Assembly: GCA_951406725.2 (NCBI GenBank)
Contig: OX597820.1
Location: forward strand, 123,070,001-123,134,000
Direction: 5' to 3'
DNA length: 64,000 bases
Source: Octopus vulgaris
Taxonomy: Eukaryota
Under the pieces are notes generated by a model. The model was given only the letters and a program-made list of their open reading frames with translations, had not been told where the DNA came from and ran no database searches. Every line of letters begins with the position of its first letter. The stretch's first letter is position 1. This document shows, piece after piece, positions 12,315 through 23,683 of this stretch. Both the position numbers and the translations under genes were made by a program.

Positions 12315-12732
12315 TCTTTACTCTATTACTCTTTTACTTGTTTCAGTCATTTGACTGCGGCCATACTGGAGCACCGCCTTTAATCGAGCAACTCGACCCC
12401 AGGACTTATTCTTTTTGTAAGCCCAGTACTTATTCTATCGGTCTCTTTTTGCCGAACCGCTAAGTGACGGGGACATAAACACACCAGCATCGGTTGTCAA
12501 GCAATGCTAGGGGGACAAACACAGACACACAAACACACACACATACATATATATATATATACATATATACGACGGGTTTCTTTCAGTTTCCGTCTACCAA
12601 ATCCACTCACAAGGCATTGGTCGGCCCGGGGCTATAGTAAAAGACACTTGCCCAAGGTGCCACGCAGTGGGACTGAACCCAGAACCATGTGGTTGGTAAA
12701 CAAGCTACTTACCACACAGCCACTCCTGCGCC
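12315..12732 (-). mobile_element. tRNA-derived SINE family A, full length
   Basis: GGCGCAGGAGTGGCTGTGTGGTAAG (A box), GGGTTCAGTCCC (B box), CCTTGGGCAAG core, internal microsatellite, (GAGTAAAA)n tail. Confidence 0.92.
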
Positions 12733-13025
12733 TACATTTGTTACCGTCATAGCTGTTGCTGTTGTGGTTACTTATACGGTTATTACTATTTTGAATATCA
12801 CTACGTCTGTAGTAATTGGGAGAGGAAATGAATGCGAAAGTCAGTTTCACCTCTGAAACCTTCTTCCACACGTTCGTCTTTTCCTTAGTCTATTACAAAG
12901 TCGATGCCAGTTTTGAAAAAAAAAATCCTTCATTCAAAATTTGCTTCCGGAAAGGAAAACATATCATGGAATTCCAAAACACGTTCAGCTTAGGCGATAC
13001 ACAACAACAACAACAATAGGAATAA

Positions 13026-13370
13026 GTAGCAGACATACCCGGCGTTGCTCGGGATTTAAATGGCATATTTTGTGTATATGGTTGAGTTATGTTGAACCAT
13101 GTGATACGGGGAAGTGCAGCATTGACAACATAACATTGACAACAAAACATTGGGGTAAAAGAAGGGATAATTCGACTAAGTGACATGTCATGTGTCTGTT
13201 TGGAAGATCCAGGCCTTAGCCTTGTCATAGAAAAGTGGGTGGGGGTTATGTGATTTTTGAAAGCACCAAAAAGCTCCCAGTGGATATAATCTCCTTTGCG
13301 GCTGTCGGCGGTGCCGCTACCACGCTGAACAATCAGCAGACATAGGAACAACGTCTATGGGATGAATTAA
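13026..13370 (-). mobile_element. Non-autonomous Helitron remnant
   Basis: Same subterminal hairpin CCCGGCGTTGCTCGGG (13038-13053) as the element at 30443; CTAG end is degenerate. Confidence 0.55.
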
Positions 13371-13879
13371 GTCTGTAGGATGTGCTCAACAGAACCATAA
13401 GAGAGAAATCTACATGAAAAAAATGACTCGGATAGCGGGGGGCAGGCAAGGAGGCGCTTGAAAACAACACTGTCATGGAATCAATAGTCGTGGCTCAACC
13501 GTGCACTCTTTCGCGTAAACAGCGTGCGACCATTGTGAGGACCACTCAGCTCCCTACCGAAAACAATTCTGCAGGCAGCGTCCGGACACGCAAGGTCACA
13601 TTAAGGACACGGACTGTAACCAACGTGGTTGGGTCTTAGACACCATAAATTAGTAAGTTAATGGAACATGCAATATTTCGGTTTGTAATCAAAAGCTGAA
13701 GAATATTTGTATGGGCTTCGTCTATACTTAGAGGGAAGACTTTGATACTGAAGCTAAAAGAAAATAGTTGAATAATTGCTCCGGATTTAACATATTTTAG
13801 TATATTTTTCATAATAAACCTAATGCGTTCCAAATGTACTATGCCTTGACAATAATAATAATAATAATTACGATTCTTT

Positions 13880-14080
13880 TAAATTTTTGGTACAAGACCA
13901 TTAAACTTACAGAGAGGAGGTTAATAGAGTACATCGACCAAAGTCTTTGTCTGGCACATTATTTTATGAATCTTGAAGAATGAAAGGCAAAGTTGAACTC
14001 AGCGAGATTCGAACTCAGGACATAAAGAACCGGTTGAAGAAATACCGCTAAGCATTTTGTCCGACACGCTAATGATTCAA
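13880..14080 (-). mobile_element. Diverged SINE family B copy
   Basis: GAAAGGCAAAGTTGAACTCAGCGAGATTCGAACTCAG...CCGCTAAGCATTTTGTCCG. Confidence 0.7.
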
Positions 14081-14381
14081 CCGAATTATGACATTGAAAA
14101 TAACAAGAATAAGTTTTTCGCGTACCTGTCTTTTTGTATAAAGGCAACGTTTAATAACTCTGAAAGCTGAGCATCGTGTATTTAATGAATGTTCAGGGAG
14201 TACAGAATACTGAGTTGAAGTTTTACAACTGACGTTAAATGTGATGTAATGGATTGCAGGACATTCCCATGGTGTATATTATCAACTTGAAAACAAAATC
14301 GTCGCCATTGTTTAATCAAAGTGTATTAATAGATGAACAGCACCATTATAGTTTTACCATTCTCAATATAGAACTGCATTA

Positions 14382-14837
14382 GGATCTTTTCGGTTTGAAC
14401 GGCAGTTTTTTTAAAATAATTTCCACGTAACTAAACACTTTTAAACTTCGTATACTGGTAGAATGTGTTTATAAAACATATTTTTCTCTTGGCTTTATTG
14501 AGAGAATTCTATAGTTTGTAAGATATTTGTTGTGTTTTTTTTCTTCAATTTCTGCAATTTCAACCAATCAATGACGTCTATTGAGCTGAAAACATTTTGT
14601 GCCGTATGAAAATGTCCCTCGTTTAAGAAACAGATTGGGTTTATTTACATTTCTGAAGAAAAAAAGATATCCTTCCTCCACCCCTAACCCTAACCCTAAC
14701 TAACCCTAACTAACCTTAACTCTAACCCTAACCCTAAAACAGATTGAAATGCAATAGATCGATACTAGGGTCATAATTATGGGTGACAATTTCATATGAC
14801 ACCGCTAGAAAAACTGCCGTTCAAACCGAAAAGATCG
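14382..14837. mobile_element. MITE with ~29-bp TIRs, 8-bp TSD (CTGCATTA) and internal telomeric (CCCTAA)n
   Basis: GGATCTTTTCGGTTTGAACGGCAGTTTTT / AAAAACTGCCGTTCAAACCGAAAAGATCG. CTGCATTA at 14374-14381 and 14838-14845. Telomeric units at 14682-14737. Confidence 0.92.
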
Positions 14838-15999
14838 CTGCATTATTTACAAGTGTGTCGTGAAAAAGATAAGCTAGCTGTTCATAAGGAATTTAAAGCC
14901 AACAAGATATTAAGGTTGTCAATAATATCTGCTGAGTCTGCGGTTGCAATGATATATTGTAACGATTTAAATAATAATTTGGTTTCACTGAATTATTCTT
15001 GAAAGTTTCTCACTTCAAATTAGTGAAAACCATACATAGATGTGCAATGAAACTTTATATCAGATGGTAGTCTGCAGTAATGCTATTGAAAATCATGCGA
15101 ATTCCATCCCAACTCAAATAGGAAACAAAACGGAAAATAGTAAGTAGACTTAAATGATATGACAAATACATACAGACATACATATCTATTTACATATATA
15201 TGTTTATGCATATATGTGTGTGTTCGCGTGTGTACATGTATCTCCGTACATATGTATGTCAGTATTTTAGTGCGTGTGTATATATGTCTGCATATCCAAA
15301 CATCCGCACACATACACACACACACATACGCACATACACATTCACATGTTTGAGTATGAAGTAGAAAATCATAAACATAATACTAAATGAAAGTAGCACG
15401 AACAAAACCTATAAAAATATATTAAAAACGAAACTAAAGAACCATATTAAAACCTAGACCATGAAAGATAAAATCATAAAATCCAAAACAAAGAAATTTT
15501 ATTTAATAAGTGCATTAAGAATATTTCAAAATAATAAAAATATAATGTGATGACATTATGGGTCCACTGAACAATTTCGTTGTCTTAGCGATTAAGATTT
15601 TTTTAACGGTTACAAAGATGCTGCTTTACACTTCAGTTTCCTTGCTTCCTCTCCTTTCTTTGTTGCTTTTCTTATCAAGATGTTTTCCATCTGTAATAAC
15701 AGCCTGGAGTGTAGCTAGAAGACGTTTAAATCGAATTAGCCAACAGTTCACTGGTTCAAGTTTTACTGTCACATATGGCATGTCAAATCTTTTTGTCCTT
15801 GGATTTTGTAAAGCAATAATGAAAAGAAAGAGACGAAACGAGAAACATTCCTCTGTTTATTTTACTATAAATATTTAACGCACACAACAGAGAAACATAT
15901 ACACTCTCTGAAACAAATTACTCATATACAAAAAACACATACACATACGAATGCATACACACACACAAACAGACATACACATACACACAAACACATATA

Positions 16000-16160
16000 G
16001 GTGCAGGCGTGGCTCTGTGGTAAGAAGTTTGCTTCCCAACCATATGGTCTCGGGTTCAACCCCGCTGCGCAGCATCTTGAGCAAGTGACTTCTACAATAA
16101 GCTTAGGCCGACCAAAGCCTTGTGAGTAAATTTGATTAAGAGAAACTATAAGAAACTTGT
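16000..16160 (+). mobile_element. SINE family A, 3'-truncated
   Basis: GGTGCAGGCGTGGCTCTGTGGTAAGAAG...GGGTTCAACCCC...GCCGACCAAAGCCTTGTGAGT. Confidence 0.8.
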
Positions 16161-16171
16161 GACAGATATTT

Positions 16172-16216
<45 letters not shown>

Positions 16217-16229
16217 TAAAGGAAAATAG

Positions 16230-17100
16230 AAAATGGAGATACAATAATTTGTTAATTAGCTACAAAAAGAATCTCGACTTACAGCTGTTTCAGTTTTGAA
16301 AATTAACTGACCGATTGTATCCCCATACAATATCCGCATTAGACTCCTCGCTCGTTTCATTATCGAACCAGGAGTTTAACTACGGTCCTTCCATCGTATA
16401 AATAAATTACAAAAATGAGACAAGAATGCAAAACATCCACATAAGTAATACAAAAATGGAACAACAAACACCCAGACAGACGATACAAAGAAAACAAAGA
16501 CGAGTCATTTCGTGTTTTCTTTCTTCAGTCGAGTTCCAGATTATCGTTGCAATTTCGGCTAGTTATACTCGAGATTGATCCAATCTGGCCAGCCCCAAGG
16601 AAAATATAAGCTGAGAGCATTAGATTCCTTGGAAGAAAGCAGCGAATGTAAACGAAAACAAGGACGGAAAAAACGGAGAAATGTTATACAAATATAAATA
16701 ATAGGGCATAACAACAGGTGTCTTTCGACTAAGGATGAATTAAATCAAGCTGGTGTGTGTGGAAGTAAAGCTTTATGGCAGTGACATAAGGGAAGAATAC
16801 AGATGTTGCATGGATGGTAGTCGAACCCAGAAAGAAAGGTCAGGCCTGGCCGAACGCCGGTCACATGGGGAGAGAATAGAGAGGGGTAGAAGCAGAAGGA
16901 CAGAAGAATTAAGGAGGGGCGAGAAAGAAAATTAAAGGGACAGAATGAAGTGAAAGAGGAGGGAAAGTCAGTATGAAGAGAAGGTCAGGAAATGTGAGAG
17001 AGGGGGAACGAAAGAACGAAGAGTGGAATAAACGAGGTAAGTGTGAAAGGGCTGCTAGAAAGAAGGAAAGAATGAAAGAATAGAAAGAATAAGAGTCGTA
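16230..17100 (-). mobile_element. Probable Penelope-like 3' region/pseudo-LTR remnant
   Basis: Block CCAATCTGGCCAGCCCCAAGGAAAA...TAGATTCCTTGGAAGAAAG...GGACGGAAAAA recurs at 33040-33310. Followed by a purine-rich tract like that of the 19-kb Penelope element. Confidence 0.45.
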
Positions 17101-17215
17101 CAAAATTTAGATATATATAATCTTACATATAAGAGACCGAGGTGTACGTAGGCCACTATACTTTTATATATAAAAATTACAAAAGTGAGACAAGAACGCA
17201 AAACATCCAGACAGA

Positions 17216-17261
<46 letters not shown>

Positions 17262-17264
17262 GTT

Positions 17265-17475
17265 CGTGTGTGTCTATGTTTCTCCCACCACAGCTTGACA
17301 ACCGGTGTTGATGTGTTTATGTCCCCGTAACTTACCCGTTTCAATTTAAAAAAAAAAAACGATACAATAAGTACCACGCTTGAAACAAATAAGGGACTGG
17401 AGTCGACTCGTTTGACCAAAATTCTTCCAGGCGGTGCTCCAGCATGGCAGCAGTTTAATGACCAGAACCAGTTTA
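17265..17475 (+). mobile_element. SINE family A 3' half
   Basis: GCTTGACAACCGGTGTTGATGTGTTTATGTCCCCGTAACTT...GGCGGTGCTCCAGCATGGC. Confidence 0.75.
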
Positions 17476-17560
17476 TAGATAAACACACACACACACACAT
17501 ACACGCATGAACACACATACACACACACACACATGTATATATATATATATATATATGTAC

Positions 17561-17663
<103 letters not shown>

Positions 17664-18011
17664 GTATATGGAGAGTGAGACTCAGCTGCATAGGACAAAA
17701 AACTTGTATGGTTGAGTAAGACTAATCCGTCTCATCTGGCACTCGAAGAATAACACTGGCAAGTTTGAAAGAATATCAAGATATCTTCTGTGTCTTTAAC
17801 GCTCTCTTAATCAGCCGAAGCCACGTTGGATTAATGCCAACAAAGCGACACCAGCTACTTTCTTTTCTCTAATGTCTTCGAAAAGGATGTTCGAAAAGGA
17901 TGTTGGCAGGAATGTGATTAGTATTCGCAGGTATTTTTGACTAACAAGATGAGGAATAAGCAACTATATTAGTTGCTACCAGAAGAACACTCGTTATTAG
18001 AGCAACTTTCA

Positions 18012-18230
18012 AGGCAGCGAGCTGGCAGAATCATTAGGACGCCGGGCAAAATGCTTCGCGTCATTTCATCTGCCATTACGTTCTGAGTTCAAATACTGCC
18101 GACGTCGATTCTACCGTCCTTCATTTCGGGGTCGATAAAATAACTACCAGTTGAGCACTGCAGCTGATTTAATTGAATTTGCCGCCCATATAAAAATAGA
18201 AAACTGTTGACCTTGATCCTAAATTTGAAA
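18012..18230 (+). mobile_element. SINE family B copy
   Basis: GGCAGCGAGCTGGCAGAATCATTAG...GTTCTGAGTTCAAATACTGCCGACGTCG...CGGGGTCGATAAAATAA. Confidence 0.8.
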
Positions 18231-18271
18231 GCATTAGCAGAGATGTCATTTTGTCTTAATTTCGGATTATG

Positions 18272-18329
<58 letters not shown>

Positions 18330-18337
<8 letters not shown>

Positions 18338-18711
18338 TATATGTTACATTACTCGATAGTCAAGATAAGACTCTGTGACTAAATTTCTGTTACGTTTTTG
18401 GTCCCCTAAAGAAAACAGATAGAACATGCTTTCTATGTTATGTCCCAAGAAGATTTTATATATTTTTATATATTTTTTATATATTTTTTATGTATTTTTA
18501 TATAATTTTTACGACGAAAAATGCGAGCGATGTATAAGTACGCAGGCAAGCAGAGTTATAACACAGTAATTTCCCTTTCTATAACAGTATTTTTTCATAG
18601 CGTTTTCAAATAGCCAGATAACCGAAGAGATGGTGTTGTGGATTCCCACTTCGGCATCTGAAACTCAGAGTTTTATCTTGACTATCGAGTAATGTAACAT
18701 ATAATTGTATA
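18330..18711. mobile_element. MITE with 46-bp TIRs adjoining (TA)n
   Basis: 18330-18375 and 18666-18711 are reverse complements with one mismatch (TATACAATTATATGTTACATTACTCGATAGTCAAGATAA.ACTCTG). Confidence 0.85.
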
Positions 18712-18776
18712 GATAAATTTCCTCTATTTACATAATATTGAGGTCTCTTTCTTTCTTTTGTTATCTTACCGTTTTA

Positions 18777-18855
<79 letters not shown>

Positions 18856-18900
18856 GAGACAGACACACAGTGAAAGAGAGATACAAATATGTTATATGTG

Positions 18901-18940
<40 letters not shown>

Positions 18941-19090
18941 TATTTGAGTATATATATGTGTGTGTATGTATATATATATATGTATGTATATAACGGGAAG
19001 CTTTATGAAAATAGACAAAAGACGAAGGCAGGTGGAAAACAAACGAACAATTGTATTAGTATGGCGCTCAGGAAATATAAATAAAACAAG

Positions 19091-19128
19091 TCTTTAACGT
19101 TTCGAGCCTACGCTCTTCAACAGAAAGA
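19091..19128 (-). ncRNA. Minimal type-I hammerhead ribozyme-like motif in the Penelope pLTR
   Basis: TCTTT CTGTTGA A GAGC-GTAG-GCTC GAAAC GTT AAAGA. Stem I TCTTT/AAAGA, stem II GAGC/GCTC, loopless stem III. Core variants A6U and a GUU cleavage site. Confidence 0.6.
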
Positions 19129-19294
19129 TACAGAGAGAGAAAAAAACACAGAAAGAAGGAGAGAAAAAAAATGCGTGCAGTAGCTAACGAATCAACATGG
19201 CGATCTGATTTCGGCCAGAGGTCAAAGATCAAACATGAGACGCGAGAGCGAAATAAGGGGAGATAATAGGGTTGATAATAGGGTAGAAGGACCA

Positions 19295-19625
19295 GCTAAT
19301 AGTGCGTAGGAGGGGTCTGGACGTGTGTATGTATAGGGTTGGTGTATGTATTAGTATGTATAAGGGTGTGTGTGTGTGTGTGTGTGTATGAGAGAGTATT
19401 AGTGCGTAGGATTGGTCTGGACGTGCGTATGTATGGGGTTGGTGTATGTATTAGTATGTATTAGTATGTATTAGTACGTATTAGTATGTATAAGTGTGCG
19501 TGTGTGTGTATGAGAGAGTATACGTGCGTATGAGGGGTCTGGACGTGTGTATGTATAGGGTTGGTGTATGTATTAGTATGTATTAGTACGTATTAGTATG
19601 TATTAGTTGGTGTATGTATTAGTAT
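19295..19625. repeat. Minisatellite in the Penelope 3' UTR (3 copies of ~100-120 bp) with (TATTAGTATG)n
   Basis: GTCTGGACGTG.GTATGTAT.GGGTTGGTGTATGTATTAGTATG occurs three times. Confidence 0.8.
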
Positions 19626-21292
19626 GGCACATCATATATGATGTGATGTGTAAAGTCGTGTGGTGTAGTGAGGAGAAGAGGGGGGAGAAGGGGGGGGGAA
19701 GAAGAGGGGGAGGAGAGGGGGAAGAGGAGAGGAGGGGGAGAAGGAAGGGGAGGATGGGAGAGGAAGGAGGAAAGAGGGAGAGGGGGGAGAGAGAAGGGGA
19801 GTGAGAGAGTGAGGGAGCAGAGGGAAGGGGAAGAGGGAAGGAGGGAGGGATAAAGAGGGAAGAAGGGAAGGGGAGTAGGGGTGAAAGGATGAAGGACTGA
19901 AGAAGTAGGGGTCGGGGGGAAAGGATAGGTGAGGAGGGGGAGAGGGGGAGATGAGGAGGGGGGAGAGTTGAGACCAAATGGCGTATAAGAGCGAAGAGAG
20001 AAGATTAATTCCTGTTCACGGCGCAAACGGGAATCCGGATGGCCTCTGTGTAAGGACAAACCGAACACAGATAGGTGTTGCAAGGAGTGACCGGTGGAGC
20101 GGAAATGGCGTGAGACCGGTGTGTCGTTCGCAAGGTGGATGTCACGAAGGTGTTCCGCGAACCGGTCAGCCAAGCGGCGTCCCGTTTGTCCGATGTACAA
20201 GGAATTGCAGAGAGAGCAAGAGATGCAATAGATAATATTGCTGGAGGTGCAGGTGAAGGAGTGGATGATGGGATAGGGTCGATGGTGGGTGCTAGTGAGG
20301 CGGGTGGTGTTGGAGAGGTAAGGGCAAGTGCGGCAACGTGGGCGGGAGCAGGGGAACGAGCCGGGTTGGGAGGTAGGGTCAGGGAAGGAGCTATGGACCA
20401 AAAGGTCTCGAAGGTTGTGGGCTTGTTTGAAAGAGGGGAGGGGTCGGTTAGGGAAGAGGTGTGAAGTGGATGGGTCGGACTGGAGATGACGGAAAGCTCG
20501 AAGAATGGTGCGTTGGAGACGTAGGGTCGTGGGGTGGTAAGTGAGGGGAAAAGGGAGGCGGGAGACTACAGGGCGGGTTCGGGGAGAGAGAGCAGATACA
20601 CGGTCCACGGACCGTGCTCTGGCAAGGGCGGTGTGGATAGTGGTGAGGGGTATCCACGTAGGGTGAAGTGGTGAGCCATACGTTGAGACTGAGTCTCAAA
20701 GTCATGGTCGTCACTACAGAGCCTACGTAGACGGAGGAATTGGGAATAGGGGATGGAAAGCTTGGTGTGTTCTGGGTGGGAGGAAGAGAAGTTGAGGTAT
20801 GAGTGTGAGTCTGTGTGTTTGTAGTGAATGGAGGTGGTAAGAGTGGAGTGAAGAATGCTAACCGAAATGTCGAGGAAGGAGACAGAGGTGTTGGAGATAG
20901 TGGAAGTGAAGTGGAGGGCTGGATGGAAAGATTCGACGAAAGAGAGGAAGGAATCTAGATGTTCGCGGGAGAGTGAGGTGGCACCGATAATGTCGTCAAT
21001 GTAACGACCATATAGTTCAGGAGTGGGACCAGTGAAATTAGAGAATATTTGGGCCTCAACATAGCCAACGAACAGGTTCGCATAGTTGGGGCCCATTCGC
21101 GTTCCCATGGCCACTCCCGAGACATGATGGTAGAACTCGCCCGCGAACGAGAAGCAGTTCAGAGTAAGGACAAGTTCGGCCAGACGAATGAGTGTGGAGG
21201 TGTCAGGTACAGGGTTAGAGCGGAGGTCAAGAAAGTGTCGAAGGGCCTGCAGTCCTTCATGCATATATATGTATGTATATATATATATATAA

Positions 21293-21342
<50 letters not shown>

Positions 21343-21613
21343 AAAGTCAGAATGCGATAAAATAAAATTAATTATTATCGCTGGTGTTTCTAGCACAGGT
21401 CATATATTATTCATATATAAGTACATTAAAGGCGAAGTATGTACTAGATACACAGAAGCTTGATAAATTTAGTGAAATGAAAATAAAAACTTTTACTAAC
21501 TCGGTTCTTCTTAGACTGCAGTTTCGCCTATTTCAGCAATAAAAATAATATTTATTTACTCAGGTAGGCTCGTATATATATATACATATATATACGTATA
21601 TGTATACATATAT

Positions 21614-22288
21614 CTTCGTTTAACGTCCGTTTTCCACGCTGGCATGGGTTTGACAGTTTGACTGAGGTCTAGAGAGCCAGCGGCTGCACCACGCTCCAAT
21701 CTGATCTGGCAATGTTTCTACAGCTGAATGCTCTTCCTAACGCCAACCACTCCGAGAGTGTATTGGGTGCTTTTTACGTGCCACCGGCACAGAAGCCAAT
21801 TAGGCGGGCCTGTTATCGATCACGTTCGGATAGTGCTTTTCACGTGCCACCGGCACGGGAGCCACTTAGGGGGTACTGGCATCGATCAGATTCGGATGAT
21901 ACTTTTTACGTGCCACCGGCAGTGGAGCCTGTCAGGCGAACCTGGCATCGACCACGTTCAGGTGGTGCTTTTTACGTGCCACCGGCACGAGAGCCGGTCA
22001 GGGGTACTGGCCACAGCTACGATATTGGTTTCAGCTGACTCAACAGGCCTTCTCAAGCATATAATATGGCCCAATGCATCAGGGGTACTCTTACCTGGGC
22101 CGGACATGCGTGGCTGCGATCTCACTTTAGTTGCCATGTCTTCTCAATCACAGCATATCTGCAAAGTTTTCAGTCTATTGTCATTGCCTCTGTGAGGCCC
22201 AGTGTTCGAAGGTCATGCTTCACCACATCATCCAATGTCTTCCTGGCTCTATCTCTTCGACAGGCTCCTTCCACAGATAGGGGGAGTG
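21614..22288 (-). mobile_element. RTE-clade LINE 3' end with a 66-bp tandem repeat in the 3' UTR
   Basis: LSVEGACRRDRARKTLDDVVKHDLRTLGLTEAMT...RYAVIEKT. End ...AACCCATGCCAGCGTGGAAAACGGACGTTAAACG. Repeat units start at 21767, 21833, 21899 and 21965. Confidence 0.85.
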
Positions 22289-22291
22289 GTA

Positions 22292-22345
<54 letters not shown>

Positions 22346-22347
22346 TA

Positions 22348-22520
22348 CCTCACAGCCTTGGCTTTGTTATCTCATTTTGTCAAATGTGTGTATATATATA
22401 TACACACACACATTTGACAAAATTAGATAAAAAAGCCAAGGCTGTGAGGAGATTTCAGGACATTTATATGGGGAAATATATCGATATAATCTTTGGGTCT
22501 TCTAGATACCAATACCTCAC
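22348..22520. repeat. ~100-bp palindrome around a TA/CA microsatellite (back-to-back MITE termini)
   Basis: CCTCACAGCCTTGGCTTT..ATCT.ATTTTGTCAAATG is mirrored by CATTTGACAAAATTAGAT..AAAGCCAAGGCTGTGAGG. Confidence 0.75.
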
Positions 22521-22537
22521 ACACACACACACACACA

Positions 22538-22607
<70 letters not shown>

Positions 22608-23373
22608 AACAAAAATTCTTATAATTATGAGTATAATTATAATTAGGGTTCAGCAAAACATTTGCTTCACCACAAACTGAAATTTAGAAATAACAGCCAA
22701 ACACTAGCTATTTCTCTACCATAAGAAAAATTTTCATGTCTTTTACTCAGGTTTTCAGTACATTTGTGTCACACAGTTTTGTGAAGACTAATAAGAGGTG
22801 AAATTGGACTCTACAAGTCAAGCCCCGATAATCAACGTTTCTAATTTAAATACAAGACCAGCAGTTTTAAGTGGAGAGGTTTGTCGAGCACATCGATACC
22901 AGTGCGAGATCTAAAGCAAATACACCGAGGATGGATGCGTTCATTGCCTTAACATTCCAGGCGATTCACTGCACTTTATACTTTTCTAGGGGTTAGTCGG
23001 TTTCATTGACCCATATACTTGACTGGTTCTTTAAGGGTGAAAAATAAAATTTATCTCAGCGGAGATTTAAATTGAGAAGGTCAAAACTTGAAGCAAATGT
23101 CACGAAATAATCTTGCCGGCGCTGGTCTCTTGTGCTAATACCAAAATTGGGGAATGTTATTAACGTTTTATTGTTTTATTTGTGGATGTCCCAAAGAATC
23201 AATCATCGGAATAAATTATCTTTTGGTATATATTTGCTTCCTTTTATATTGTGATTTCGAAGCCTTCCAACGCTTAATTTACTCTTCATATCACTTCGAT
23301 CTGTAAAATAATCACATATCAAGTACTGGCAATAACTCTTTTCCAACCCAAATTCTGTGACACCGTACCGCCA

Positions 23374-23432
23374 TTCTTCTTCTTCTTCTTCTTCTTCTTC
23401 TTCTTCTTCTTCTTCTTCTTCTTCTTCTTCTT

Positions 23433-23463
<31 letters not shown>

Positions 23464-23511
23464 TTCTTCTTCTTCTTCTTCTTCTTTTTCTTCTTCTTCT
23501 TCTTCTTCTTC

Positions 23512-23575
<64 letters not shown>

Positions 23576-23616
23576 TACTACTACTACTACTACTATTATT
23601 ATTATTATTATTATTA

Positions 23617-23680
<64 letters not shown>
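23374..23680. repeat. Compound trinucleotide microsatellite (TTC)n(TTA)n(CTA)n(TTA)n
   Basis: Directly visible. Confidence 0.98.

Positions 23681-23683
<3 letters not shown>

Larger units (their letters stand above)
18990..21260 (-). mobile_element. 5'-truncated Penelope-like element (Neptune-type): RT plus GIY-YIG endonuclease, 3' UTR and pseudo-LTR
   Basis: RT: GVAMGTRMGPNYANLFVG...YGRYIDD...VSFLD...SSHP. One frameshift near 20640. Linker CSRPRCRTC. GIY-YIG: NIIYCISC..C..LYIGQTGRRLADRFAEH...RHF...H...REQELIF...PFGLN. Inserted in (TA)n. Confidence 0.95.

Noticed and set aside
14682-14737. Telomere or chromosome-fusion relic
   Set aside because: The repeats are internal to a TIR/TSD-bounded MITE that occurs twice in the window.
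16270-16345. Minus-strand GAAACAGCTGTA hammerhead half in a putative pLTR
   Set aside because: The upstream core reads CTAATGC and stem I is mismatched; at best a fossil.
21767-22015. Repeat-spacer pattern resembling CRISPR
   Set aside because: The spacers are homologous to one another, and the array lies in a LINE 3' UTR in eukaryotic DNA.
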